DNA from: Malacoraja senta
Taxonomy: Eukaryota
NCBI GenBank assembly: GCA_038087875.1
Contig: JAXLNO010000341.1
Coordinates: 124,001-188,000 of the forward strand
Direction of reading: 5' to 3'
Length of the DNA stretch: 64,000 nt
In this document: in pieces, positions 49,620-61,824 of the stretch
Numbering within the stretch: the stretch's first letter is position 1
Layout of the letters: each line of letters begins with the position of its first letter
The notes under the pieces: model-generated
Databases searched by the model: none
The model's input: only the letters and a program-made list of their open reading frames with translations
What the model was told of the DNA's origin: nothing
Position numbers and translations under genes: made by a program

Positions 49620-50300
49620 AAATGGCAGAGGTTGAGGGGTGACCTGACAGAGGTAAATACAATTGTCAGAGGTAGAAATAGGGAGAACGTCAGAAACCTT
49701 TTTACCCAGGCTGGAAATGTCAAAGACTAGGGAGTGGGCCTGGCTTTAAGAGGAGCAAAGTTTAAAGAAGATGTGCAGGGCAAGTTTTTTACACAGAGGT
49801 GCCTGAGTGGAAAGATAGTGGCATTTCAGAGGCTTTTAGATAAGCATGTGGATATGTAGGGAATAGAGGGAAATGGACCATATGCAAGCAAATGAGATGT
49901 GTTTGCCTTGGTATCATGTTGTGGACATTGTGGGCCCAAGGGCCTGTCCCTGTGCTGTACTTTTCTATGTGTAGGAAGGAACTGCAGATGCTGGTTTAAA
50001 CTGAAGATAGACACAAAACGCTGGAGTCTGGAGAAAAGGAATGGGTGACGTTAAGTGTCTCGACCCGAAACATCACCCATTTCTTCTCTTCAGAGAAGAA
50101 TGAATGAATAAATGAATACGTTTATTGGCCAAGTATGTACACACACAAGGAATTTGCCTTGGTGCTCCGCTCGCAAGTAACAGCAGGACTTACAGTAACA
50201 ATTAACAATGACACAATAAAACATTAAACATTAATAATAAAACATTATAGTTTAATGTTGCCTGTCCCGCTGAGTTACTCCAGCTTTTTGTGTCTATATT
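49620..50300 (+). mobile_element. CR1 3' end followed by a Penelope fold-back element that is itself interrupted by a LINE-like tail
   Basis: RLRGDLTEV..; gtaggaaggaactgcagatgctgg...cctgtcccgctgagttactccagc, with an insert at about 50097-50254. Confidence 0.7.
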
Positions 50301-50811
50301 CTGTACTTTTCTATGTTCTAGGAGGAGAGTGGTACAGAGTGCTGAAGGTTTTGGTAAGGCAAAAAGAGCTGGCGATGGGAGGTGACCACAGATATTCATT
50401 GCCGCACATGAAGTGGCCAGAATATGGATGCAGTACTAAAATATTTGGTCAATGTCAGTGAACAAAATAACAAATCTCAAGCCCCAACAATTGAAGCATT
50501 CATTCATGACTTACTGCTGTACACTATCATTGCTCACTGAATAATAACATTTATTGTTTTGATCCTACTAACATTTATACCCTGATACAATTGCCATGTG
50601 AGTTGGCACACAGCTTAAAGGCACTACTGCATGCCATTCAAGGCAAACAGCTTAAACACACTTAGCTATTTAGCCATATCGAGCACATCGCAACACACCT
50701 GCAAAGTAATAAAATAATTGTAAGTCCCACCCCATGATCTAACTCACACTTCATCCATCAATCTTGATGTTAAAGTGAAAAAATAAAATACTGCAGAAAT
50801 AAAATAAGCAA

Positions 50812-50955
50812 AGCGGAGTCAAGAGATATGGGGAGAAGGCAGGAACGGGGTACTGATAATGGATGATCAGCCATGATCACAGTGAATGGCGGTGCTGGCT
50901 CGAAAGGCCGAATGGCCTACTCCTGCACCTATTGTCTATTGTCTATTGTCTATTG
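50812..50955 (+). mobile_element. CR1 3' tail
   Basis: Standard tail ending in (ctattgt)n. Confidence 0.85.
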
Positions 50956-52699
50956 AATATTTTCATGTGGTTCGGTCAGGGACAAAAGATTAATGTTTCA
51001 TCTCTATTTACCCTTTGTCAGAATTTTAGTGACTGAAGAATCAGTATGAAAAGGTCAGGAACATGATAATGTGCCTGATGTGATCAATACTGTAAATATG
51101 TGTGCTACATATCTCTCCTACCGTCTGCACTAACTTGCTTTTCCCTTTCCCAGTTCTGATGAAGGGTCTTTTGACCTGCTATTTTACTTCGGAGTCACGT
51201 GAGTGACTACATGAAGAACCCCGCCAGTGCGCCTGCGCGTCATTACGTCAGACGCCTTGACGCAAACGGACGTGAGGAGCAGAGCTCCTCCAGTGGATTT
51301 GTAGTTTTTCAACTACAAGGTAAGTAGAAACTTTTTTTCATGTTTTCCAGGTCCGTTTACTGTGGGTCTATGGGGATTTTTCCACAGACGCCATGGAAAA
51401 AAACGGACAGGGGAGAGGCGAGCGACACAGCCGACAGAAGTCGGGAAAGTCGGGAGTCTGCGGTTATAGACCAACCGCCTCTGAACCCCGGTACAGTCGC
51501 CAGCGGTGAGCATAGCGACTGTGGACCTGGGGCTGGTGAAAACACAGTCAGCGCCTGTCGGGCAAAAGACAAAGTTTAAATCCCAACGGCCCAGGAGGGA
51601 GTCCCAGGCAATGGAAGTAGCTCCAGGGCTAGATACTGCTTTCGAGCGTATTGCCCAAATAGAAAGCCTTTTACATAGGCTGTTGGAGCAAAGTTCACTC
51701 AGAGAGGAGTGTACTGAAAGCCAAGCTGCTGGAAGCAGCTCAAACAGCTCCTGGTACAGGGCTAGATACTGCTTTCGAGCGTATTGCCCAAATAGAAAGC
51801 CTTTCCATAGGCTGTTGGAGCAAAGTTCACTCAGGAAGGAGTGTACTGTAATCCAAGCTGCAGGAAGCAGCTTAACAACACCTGGCTCAGGGCTGATGGA
51901 TGCACCCTCAGGAATGAGGAGCGTGCTACGGGTCATGAGATTTCAGACCCCGACTCTGCGGTGAGGCTGTACAAGGCAATGAACGGCAGCTTGCTCTAGA
52001 TGTTCCTGGCAGTAGGATTCGCTGCCCCGTCAGGGTCAGGAAGGAGAGCCATTAGGAGAAGAACTGGCCTCCTTAATAAATTACTTGGTTTACCATCAGC
52101 TGGAACAGCAGGAGATGGATGAGACTGCAAGAAAGCAGGAGACCCCAAGTAACTGTGGGTTGCTGAAAGCAGCAGCAGTGAATCAAATTATCTGGAATCA
52201 GTTGCAGAGAATATTAAAGCTGCTGGGTTCTGGAATAACTGCTTTTACCAGAATAGCAGGTAACAGCCAAGAGATGACGAAGTTGCATCAGGAAGCACTG
52301 GGGTTGCTATGCAGCACCCACTTCGAGATCAATTATCTGAGGAAAGTGCTATAGGGCCTACTATGAATCCGAAATTCGCAGCACTCTGCAAAACAAGTAA
52401 TATACAATTACCCAACTTACTCTTTGGAGAGGATCTCGGGAGACGTATTGAAGAGGTTGGAAGATGAAGCGAAAACAGGATTGATAAAAACATCAATGTT
52501 GCAAAGTCTGTAAAGAGGAAGTATCCTTTCAGACGTCATACGGATCCTAGACCAGGACCAAGTCGCTCATTAACGCAGGGACGTAGCTGGCGGCCTGCAG
52601 CGGGAGTAAGGACCAGTGGTGGTGCTTCCGGGAGAATCCAGGGATCTCAGAATACTCAAATGACTCAAGAGGTAGGTGGACCTGGTTCTCAGGGGAACA

Positions 52700-54060
52700 T
52701 ACTAACTGGATTAAGTCCAAAAGTTGGAGGCAGATTACGTCTCTTCTATAAACATTGGAAGAAGATTACTTCAGATGTGGTAATTCTGAATAATATACAA
52801 GGATTTCGAATTGAATTCAATCCAAATTATGATTTGCCTGTCCAGCATGTTCCTAGCAGAATTCTCCACTTTGCGAAGTAATGGAGGTTCAAGTTGCGCT
52901 TCAAAACCCTATATATAAAAGGTGTTATTGAAGAATCAGTCTACCAAATTCACCAATTTGGGTCAAATATATTCCCTCGATCAAAAAAGGATGGAGGATG
53001 TAGGATTATTATAGACTTGACAAGTCTGAATCCTTTTGTTCAGTGTCTGTTCACTTGCAAGATATGAAGTATCTTAAATTTACATGGATGAACCAATTAG
53101 GGCAGTTCAAAGCTCTGCCTAATGGGTTAACGTTCCCTCCCAGAATATTCATAAAATTGTTAAAATCAATTCTGGGGTTGCTGAGAGCCAGGGGCATGTA
53201 CTAATGGCATACCTGGGATGATGTCCTGATTATAGGAAGGACAAAACAGTCAACAGAAGCATCGGTTGCAGTAATAAAATCAAACTTTTGAAAGTTTGGG
53301 GGTTTCTAAATTCATCCAAAGAAATCAAGGTTAAAAACATGTACCTCGATTGATTATTTGGGGTTCACAATTGATTTAGCCCAAATGCAAATTACTTTGC
53401 CCAGTGAAAAAAGGGTGGAGTTGATTAAAGATTGCAGTAATCTGTTAAACGAGCAAAAACCTCTAATCAGACAGGTGGCTCGATTACTGGGGAAATTAGT
53501 AGATTCCCAGCAGTCCAGTATGGACCATTACATTATCAACAGCTGCAGAGAATCAAAGAACAGGCACTGAGAGTAAATGCTGGTCATTTTGATAGAACCA
53601 TGCAAGTAACAACAAATGCTGTTTCTAATCTGCAGTGGTGGATTTTACATGTCTCAAGCAGTTCAGGCAAAGTGCTGATTGAACAACCTTCCATGATATT
53701 ACAAACTGATGCCAGTGCACTAGGATGGGGTGCAACTGACTTAACATCGAGCTGCGGAGGCAGATGGAATCAGGAAAAGTTAGTGTTACTGCAGACATGG
53801 GGAATTACCTATTTGGAGCTTTTAGGAGGTTTCTATGGACTCCAAGCTTATGATTCTAACACAACTAAAAGGAAGGTTCAAGTTCAAATTAATAAACACA
53901 ACAGTAGTTGCCTATATTAATGATATGGGTGGAATTAAGTCGGTGTCATGTGACAAAATGGTTAAATCAACTTTGGTCTTGGTGTATTGAAAAGAACATT
54001 TGGATTTCAGCTATCTATCTACCAGGTAGAATTAACACGATAGCAGACACCAGGTCACGA
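52700..54060 (+). pseudogene. DIRS RT and RNase H remnant
   Basis: VGGRLRLFYKHWKKIT, KKDGGCRIIIDL, QFKALPNGL, LQTDASALGWGA and ITYLELL, with many frameshifts. Confidence 0.85.
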
Positions 54061-54079
54061 AAAGTTCCATGATAATAAA

Positions 54080-54420
54080 GAATGGATGTTGAATCATGAG
54101 GTATTCAATGATATAGTAATCAGATTTGGAATGACCGACATCGACTTGAATCATCAGCTATCGAGATATGTCTCATGGAAACCAGATCCAGGAGCAGTGG
54201 CGATTGATGCTTTCTCGCTACATTGGGGTGGTATGTTTTCATATATATTTCCACCTTTCTGCCTCATAAGCCAATGTTTGCTTAAAATCAGGCAAGATGC
54301 TGCTTCAAGGGTATTGGTAGTACCAGATTGGCCTACACAGCCATGGTATCCGTTGATATTAGAATTAACAACACAAATGTTGATGAAAGTCCCAAAAAAG
54401 AGTAATTTATTGCTGCACCC
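54080..54420 (+). pseudogene. DIRS adenine-methyltransferase-like (MT) domain remnant
   Basis: DIDL...RYVSWKPDPGAVAIDAFSLHW..YIFPPF...LVVPDWPTQPWYP. Confidence 0.75.
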
Positions 54421-54499
54421 TGTACAGGGGAACAACATCCATTATATGATCGTTTGGATTTGTTGATTTGCAGGTTTTAAGAATGCCTTTTCTGGGACG

Positions 54500-55446
54500 A
54501 GGACTGTCTGAGCATACTGTGGACATGCTTACGGCAGCCTGGAGGAAGAGCACTCAAAAACAGTACCTTTCTTATATTAAGAAATGGGAAGAGTTCTGTG
54601 TACAAAAGAATGTGCAATAAAGTACTGCAGATATTTCAAATGTTTAGAATTTCTGTCAAAACTTTATTATGATGAAGGTCTGAGTTGTAGTGCAATTAAT
54701 TCAGCCAGGAGTGTATTGTGCTCATATTTGGTACTGGATTCAGAAAGAAACTCAATTGGGTCACACCCAATTGTTTCCAGACTAATGAAAGGAATCTTTA
54801 ATTCCAAACCACCGAAACCTAGGTACGTGACAATCTGGGATGTAAGTGTGGTACTGAAACTACTTCGTGCATGGTCATCAAGTGTGTCTTTACCTTTGGT
54901 CAAGCTCAGTATGAAAGTATTCATGCTTATGGCATGAGTGACAGCACAACGAGTGCAAACACTTGGAAAATTACAAATAGACAGTATGGAAGTAACTGAA
55001 GACAAGGTTACATTCTATATCTATGACCTACTAAAGTAAATTAGGCCAGGTGTGACAGGATTTAAAATTATGCTAGCAGCATATCCAAATGATCCATGTC
55101 TCTGTATTAAAACATATTTATTACAATACATTGAGGTCACAAAGAATTTGAGAATACGGAAACTGGGTTGTTGATCACACACAAGAAACCACACAAGAGA
55201 GTTTCAATACAGACTATTTCCAGATGGATAAAAGAAGTCTTAACAGCTGCTGGTATTAACACTTATGTTTTTACGTTTCACTCGACTAGGGCAGCAGAAA
55301 CGTCGGCGGCCAGGGCAAAAGACGGCCCCGTCGACCATATCCTCGCAGCCTCCGGGTGGTCCAATGAGTTGATGTTTCAACATTTTTACCATCGGCCTAT
55401 TATTAATGCGGGGTTGTTTGCAGAAACTATTTTAAGTTCTGTGTAA
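54500..55446 (+). pseudogene. DIRS tyrosine recombinase remnant
   Basis: HPIVSRLMKGIFN..PRY..IWDV, TISRWIK, HSTRAA and GWS...FQHFY; internal stops at about 54935 and 55037. Confidence 0.88.
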
Positions 55447-55966
55447 ATTCCTCTGGTTTAAAGGGGATCTGATTCATTTCATTATTGAAATGAATTACTG
55501 CGTTTGTGGTACAAATGTTATTATGAATGCATGATTGATTATTCTCGTTCCGAGTCAATCTATGCAGTGAGAAGCCGGGATTGATCCACGGCATGAAATC
55601 ACAAAGCTTTAAAATCTTCACGTAGTCACTCACGTGACTCCGAAGTAAAATAGTAAGATTAAACGAGAACTTACCTAAGTTTGAAGTTTGATCTTTATTT
55701 TATGAGGAGTTACGTAGGTGAATACGTGCCCACCACGACCCTACCCTCTATCATAAAGGTCAGATGGAAGTTCTTGTATTACTCGTTTTATTATGAGACT
55801 ATATTATTTCGGTTGTTGTTTTTTGTGATTTCACACCGCTGCTTTGAAGATTGACGCGCAGGCACACTGGCGGGGTTCTTCACGTAATCACCTACGTAAC
55901 TCCTCATAAAATAAAGATCAAACTTCAAACTTAGGTAAGTTCTCGTTTAATCTTACGATTTTAACT

Positions 55967-55977
55967 GTCTCTTTCTT

Positions 55978-56030
<53 letters not shown>
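55967..56030. repeat. (CT)n microsatellite
   Basis: Directly visible, inside the Penelope-tail remnant that the DIRS element interrupts. Confidence 0.95.
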
Positions 56031-56182
56031 ATAGATGCTGCCTGACCTCATAGTGATAAAGAGACTCAACATGGAAATAAGCTTGAATCCATTTACACTA
56101 GTCCTACATTAATCTCAGTTTTTTAATTATCTCCACACTTTCATCAACTCCCCAGATTCTACCACTCACTGATACACTAGAG

Positions 56183-56416
56183 CATGGGTACCCAACCTGG
56201 GGTATATTTACCCCCAGGGGGTAAATTTCACCTACCCAGGGGGTAAATTTGTTGATTCTGGATTTGTACATATTTTTTCTCATTGACTGACTGTGTTTGG
56301 TTCTGGTATATCGGTATCTGTTCATCATCAGTTGTTCATAAATAAGTGAAATAACATTGTTATGTGCTATTAAAGTTGCCAGGGGTAAACGGGATGAAAA
56401 AGGTTGGGAACCCCTG
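56183..56416. mobile_element. hAT-family MITE nested in an old V-SINE
   Basis: TIRs catgggtacccaacc / ggttgggaacccctg; perfect 8-bp TSD cactagag at 56175-56182 and 56417-56424. Confidence 0.9.
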
Positions 56417-56683
56417 CACTAGAGGCAACTGGTCAATTGACCTCCCAACCCACGCATCTTTAGGTGAAAGGAAACAGGAACACACAGAGGAAAGCCCTGT
56501 GGTCACAGGGAGAAGGTGCAAAATCCACACGGACAGCATCTGACTTTAAGATTGAAAGTCCTGAGGCCTGGGTATGCTGAGTTTGTCCAGTATTTTCTGT
56601 GTTCATGTCACAGGCTTGTTTGTTATTTCTTCAAATATACCCACAATATATTCCTGTCCAATGTCATGAAATAACTATATGTT

Positions 56684-57011
56684 GGGCAGCACGGTGGCGC
56701 AGCAGTAGAGTTGCTGCCTTACAGCGCTTGCAACGCCAGAGACCCGGGTTCGATCCCGACTATGGGTGCTGTCTGTACGGAATTTGTTCGTTCTCCCCGT
56801 GACCTGCGTGGGTTTTCTCCGAGAACTTCGGTTTCCCCCCGCATTCCAAAGATGTGTAGGTTTGTAGGTTAATTAGCTTGGTATAAATATTAAAAATTGT
56901 CCCTAGTGCAGGATAGTGTTAATGTGCGGGGTCTGCTGGTCGGTGCGGACTCAGTGGGCCGAAGGGCCTGTTTCCGCGCTGTATCTCTAAACTAAGCTAA
57001 ACTAAACTAAA
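56684..57011 (+). mobile_element. V-SINE (HE1-like), full length
   Basis: A box tggcgcagcagtag, B box gggttcgatccc, V-domain-like core and tail gggccgaagggcctgtttccgcgctgtatct(ctaaa)n. Confidence 0.9.
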
Positions 57012-57904
57012 ATTTGATCTTATGTGTGAGTAAATGATTCGCCTGACATTAATATCGGTCAGAAAAGTGTTGTTTTTTTGTCTCCACAAACCGAATGCCC
57101 AAATAACTATCAACACTAAACACTAATAGACCATATTGCATTATCAGCCCTTCCAAATGCCTTAATCATGAAAAGTTTTAAATTTACCATAAAGTGAGGC
57201 TTTCACCCAGAGATGAAATAATAATGTTAAACGTGTTTATCCCCACAGATTAAGACTTTAAATCTTTTGTCAATATATTTGTTCGACAATTGGCCTACAA
57301 TTATGAATTTCCCTCCAGCTGCCTCCTATCTATGAAAACATTTAGCAACATAAGCATTTACGAAGTAGCAGATGTATTCATGCAGCTTATGGTTTGAATC
57401 TTTCAGCATTTTAAATTTTGCTTCTTTCTTTCAATCTTTCATCCAAACAACCCTCTTTCCATTTCACGGGGTTGCAAAATCTTACCGTGGATTCACATAT
57501 TTCCAAACATTCCTCCTCCGGATCTTTATAGTTGTTTATGCAGCATCGCTGGCAGCAATGAGTCCTTCCCCAATTAACTCAGTGCCTGCTTTGAACGCAG
57601 GATCACTGGAGGAATGCAAGTTTAGATACGCCTGTACCAGCGGTTACTGTGGCAGATGTAAGATCGGCCTTCCCGAGAGTGAATCTGTGGAAATCAACTG
57701 GTCCGGGTCACTATCTCGAGCTCTCGGTGGATCAGCAGGCAGAGATGTTTACACACAAGTTTAACCTCTTATTGCCCCATTCTGAGGTCTCCACCTACTT
57801 CAAAAAGACCACTATCATGGTCTGGCTCGACGGGCCGAATGGCTTACTCCTGCACCTATTGTCCATTGTCTATTGTCTATTATCATCCCGGTGCCAAAGA
57901 AAAG

Positions 57905-58569
57905 TAAGGTTTCAAAGGTTTCAAAGGTCTTTTGTCAATAAAACCAATGTACCAATTGAGGTACAGTGATGTGCGAATTACCACACAGCCATATGAAAAA
58001 AAAAGCAACAAGACACACAACTACATAAAAGTGAACATAAATATCCACCATAGTGGATTGCCCACATTCCTCACTGATGGAAGGCAAAAAAGTCTAATCT
58101 TCTTCCTCTTTATTCTCCTGCGGTCGGGGCAGTCGAACCACCCGTTGGGGTGATCAAAGTTCCCGCAGCCGGTGGTCGAAGCCCCCACGTCAGGGCGATC
58201 GAAACTCCCGCGTCGGAGCGATCGAAACTCCTGCATCGGAGCGGTCAAAACTCCTGTGGCTTGGAGTTCCCGATGTCAGTCTCTGACCGCGAGCTCCGTG
58301 ATGTTAAATTCCGCAACCACCCACAGTTGGAGCTCAGAGGTCGACCCCTGGCAAAGTGATTGCGAGCTCCTCGAAGGTAAGTCCGCAGGCGACCGCAGTG
58401 GAGCTCTCAAAATCAGTCTCCAGCAAAGGCCGCCGACTCCTCGATGTTAGGCCACAGTGCGGACGGAGATACAATACGGAAAAAAATTGCATCTCCGTCG
58501 AAGTAAGAGAATAGAAAAAGTTTCACCCAACCACCCCCCACCCCCCACATAAAACAAGCTAAAGAGCAC
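57905..58569 (-). mobile_element. Non-autonomous CpG-rich retroposon, copy 3 (3' part; 5' part at 63856-63950)
   Basis: Colinear with 5900-6400; resumes after the LTR element as 6400-6497-like sequence. Confidence 0.75.
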
Positions 58570-59107
58570 TGTTATGCGCTCCCGCTCCTGGTCAGTGTTA
58601 TGTATTAACCTTCTCTGTTTCTTTCCCGAGTGCAGGCTAAAAGGCTCCTGTACCCGATTGGCCAAGCTGCGTCAGGTGATGGGTGACTCATCTGGAGTAT
58701 AAATAGCAGATCTCCCAGAATCCTTTCTCTTTCGACGACGACCCTGCCTCGTGAGCTTGTGCTGGTGTGAGCTGTGAAAGGCCCGGCCACATGGCATAGA
58801 ACTTTGTGTAATTTCAACATTACGTAGTACCAAATATTGAATTGGGCTGTACTTAGACGTTATCGGTATTTTGTTTCAGGGATAGCTTTCTTTTAGGCAG
58901 GTTTAGAGCCTCGGGTTCGACAGTCTATCGCGTGGCTGGCCTGAGCACTTTTAAGTTGTTTGTTAATCCATTCATCCTTGTCTGGGTTGTTTGAATCAGG
59001 TTTGGGTTTTGGTGTGTTATTAAATAATTAAACTATTTTTGAACGTAAATCTGGTTTTTGACTTGTGTTACGCGACTCTGAAGTACCTGCTTTTGGGAGT
59101 CGTAACA
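58570..59107 (+). repeat. 5' LTR
   Basis: tgttatgcg...tcgtaaca; TATAAA near 58698; about 19 substitutions versus the 3' LTR by manual count. Confidence 0.97.
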
Positions 59108-59110
59108 AAA

Positions 59111-59123
59111 TGGGGACTCGTCC
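59111..59123 (+). promoter_or_regulatory. Primer-binding site, tRNA-Pro-like
   Basis: tggggactcgtcc, 3 nt after the LTR, one mismatch from the tRNA-Pro PBS TGGGGGCTCGTCC. Confidence 0.75.
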
Positions 59124-59438
59124 TAAGTTTTAAGAACCCTAGACATTTGTGGGGGGGGTTTTGGAAGGCTTCTGGACTGAGGAAGCCTGTGTGTGTTGTG
59201 AGGGAAATATTTTTTTCCCTGTTTGTGGTAGCATTGGTGCCCAGGGTTTGGCTGGTGCATTGGCTACTTAGCTTTGAGGACCTAGACGTTTTTTTGGGGG
59301 GGGGTTTTGGGAGGCTTCTGGACTGAGGAAGTCTCTGTGTGTAATAAGGGAATTTTTTTTCCCTGTTTGTGGTAGCATTGGTGCCCAGGGTTTAGCTGGT
59401 GCTTTGGCTAGGACTTTATTGAGGCTCCTAGTCGGGAG

Positions 59439-61820
59439 TTGTTTGATCGAGGTACGAAGGAGCATTTGATTTTTCTGGCAGAAAACTATGAAGTGCCTAT
59501 TGACCCTCATGCAAAGAAACAGGTAATTAAAACGGTGTTGTGGGCTGCATTGGTGGACCGTGGGGTTTTGCCTGGCTGTGCAGACAGTCCCACACCTTCT
59601 GGGCAGCCTGGTCAGGACATGGAGGCAACCATAAGGTTGAAGGAGTTAGAGCTGGCAATGAAAGAGGGAGAGAAAAAAAGAGCAGAGATTCAGCTGCGTG
59701 CGGCTAAGGAGGAAACCAAGAGGGCACAGATTAGGCTGCGGGAGAAAGAATTAGATATGATTATGGAAGACTTTGGGAACTGTCTCCCTGAGAGGGTTAC
59801 TGCTTACCTTAACGAGCAGAAAGTGAATGAGGTGTCTGGAGCCGCGGTGTTGGCAGATGAGTATGTATGGACTCATAAAGCTGATTTTGTTGGGCGCTCC
59901 TATAGTTTTGGTGCACGGCCGGTTGATCGTGGTGGTGTCGCCGGTGGCAGTGTCAAAGGTGTTTCTGTGCCTGCAAGTGGAAACACGTTGATACAGGGGG
60001 AGGTCCGAGCGGATAGGGTGGACGGAAATTTGAGGACTAGCGAAGGTCCTGTGTGCTACTATTGTAGAAAGAGAGGGCACATGTTAAAGGCGTGTCCCGT
60101 TCTGAAGCGGAAAAAGGAAAAGACTGTGGCTTTGGTGGGTACACAGAAGGCACCTGTGGTACCTGAGGTGCCTGAGTCTGATAAGTGTAGGGATGATTCT
60201 GCGTTCAGCATGAATGATTTTGTTTCTCTGGAGGATGGGGGCGATAGAGTTCCAGTATCCATCTTGCGTGATACTGGTGCTACTCAGTCCTTTATATTGG
60301 ATAGTGTACTGCCGTTTTCTGCGGAATCATCGGTTGGGTCAAGTGTCCCTGTGGTAGGATTCGGGATGGATGACATGGTAGTGCCTTTGCATACCGTGAG
60401 TCTCGAGTCCGAGTTGGTTTCAGGCCGGGTAACTGTTGGGTTACGATCGTGTTTTCCCGTTGAGGGAGTTTCAGTAATTTTGGGGAATGACTTGGCAGGA
60501 GATGGAGTTTTAGTTACTCCTGAGGTAACGGCTGTTCCGATGGTGCAGAGTCCGGATGGGTTGGATATGCAGCATCCGAAGGTTTTCTCAGCTTGTGCTG
60601 TCACGAGGGCTATGGCTAAGAGCCATGCGAAATTTGAGGATGTAGTGGACCTGAGTGAGAGCATTTTGGGGGATCAGAAGGAGGGATCCTGTGTTGTGGA
60701 GGGTGTTTCTACATCTCAAGATGAGATAGTGTCTGAAAATGGGCCGGTGTCGCTGTCAAGTGGCCGGCTGGTTGAGGAGATAAATAGTTATCCAGGTCTA
60801 TCTGATCTGTTCGACTGCGCGGTGACTGAGGGGGATATGGATTCCACAGCAAAGGGGTCTATTCTAAGGGAGGGCTTATTGATGCGAAAGTGGTCTTCCT
60901 TGGATGTATCTGGGCAGGATGATTGGAGCGTGGTTGATCAGATTGTGATACCTCGTCGGTATAGGGACGAGATGCTCGGTTTGGCTCATGATGGTCCTCT
61001 GGGTGGACATTTGGGAGTCAATAAGACGAATGACCGTATCTTACGGAATTTTTTTTGGCCAGGGTTGAAAAGGGACGTGAAACAGCATTGCAGGTGTTGT
61101 CACATTTGCCAGGTGGCAGGAAAGCCGAACCAATCGATTGTTCCTGCGCCTTTATATCCAATCCCTGTGGTCGGTGAGCCGTTTGAGCGGATTCGAGTTG
61201 ATTGTGTGGGCCCTCTACCTCGGACAAAGGTGGGCAACAAGTTATTGACAATTATGTGTGCGTCTACACGCTTTCCGGAGGAGGTCCCTTTGCATAGAAT
61301 TACTGCCCCTACCATTGTGAATTCTCTCACTAAGTTTTCTTCGTTGTTCGGTTTGCCCAAGGTGGTGCAGAGTGACCAAGCTTCCAACTTCATGTCAAAG
61401 GTTTTTGGTCAGGTAATGGGTAATCTTGCTTCTGCTCAGTCTAGGATGAAGGGGTGGTTCGACAGGAAGGCTTCTAGTAGGAATTTTTCTCCAGGTGACA
61501 AGGTCCTGGTGTTGTTGCCTATTCCTGGTTCGAGTCTGCAGGCTCGGTATAGCGGTCCCTATCAGGTGGTTAAGAAGGTTGGTGAAAGGGATTATGTTAT
61601 AGGTACCCCTGATCGAAGGCGTAAGACTCAGATCTGTCATGTCAACATGATGAAGCAGTACCATGAGCAGGAGCCTGTGGAGGTTGATGGGGAGGTGCTG
61701 TGTCCTTCGGTTTCGTCTAAGCCTGTTTTGGCTGCAGTGGTGCTGCCCCCTGACACGGGTGGTGATGTGGGTGAGACACGGTTGTCGGTGGCAGTGACGC
61801 AGGGAAGGCTGTGTAACTGA
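59439..61820 (+). pseudogene. gag-protease-integrase frame (793 aa, internally deleted)
   Basis: CYYCRKRGHMLKAC knuckle, LRDTGA protease, H..H..C..C zinc finger, VDCVGP and SDQASNF integrase motifs; ends at a premature TGA. Confidence 0.9.
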
Positions 61821-61824
61821 GGCT

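Larger units (their letters stand above)
51179..55962 (+). mobile_element. DIRS1-like tyrosine-recombinase retrotransposon, full terminal structure, coding regions decayed
   Basis: Left ITR 51203-51242 is inverted at 55852-55891; ICR 55616-55728 is complementary to both extreme ends; gag, RT, RNase H, MT and YR remnants occur in order. Confidence 0.93.

Noticed and set aside
54500..55446. Phage integrase or bacterial contamination
   Set aside because: The recombinase sits inside a DIRS element with RT, RNase H and ITR/ICR, flanked by vertebrate repeats.
56684..56765. tRNA gene (A and B boxes)
   Set aside because: It is the head of a V-SINE repeated many times in the window, with no proper cloverleaf or terminator.
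57372..57764. 130-aa + strand ORF as a gene
   Set aside because: No recognisable domain or supporting exon structure.
29000..58000. Exons of a neighbouring gene such as EGF on the minus strand
   Set aside because: I found no EGF-repeat, YWTD or other host-protein motif in the ORF track or by eye.
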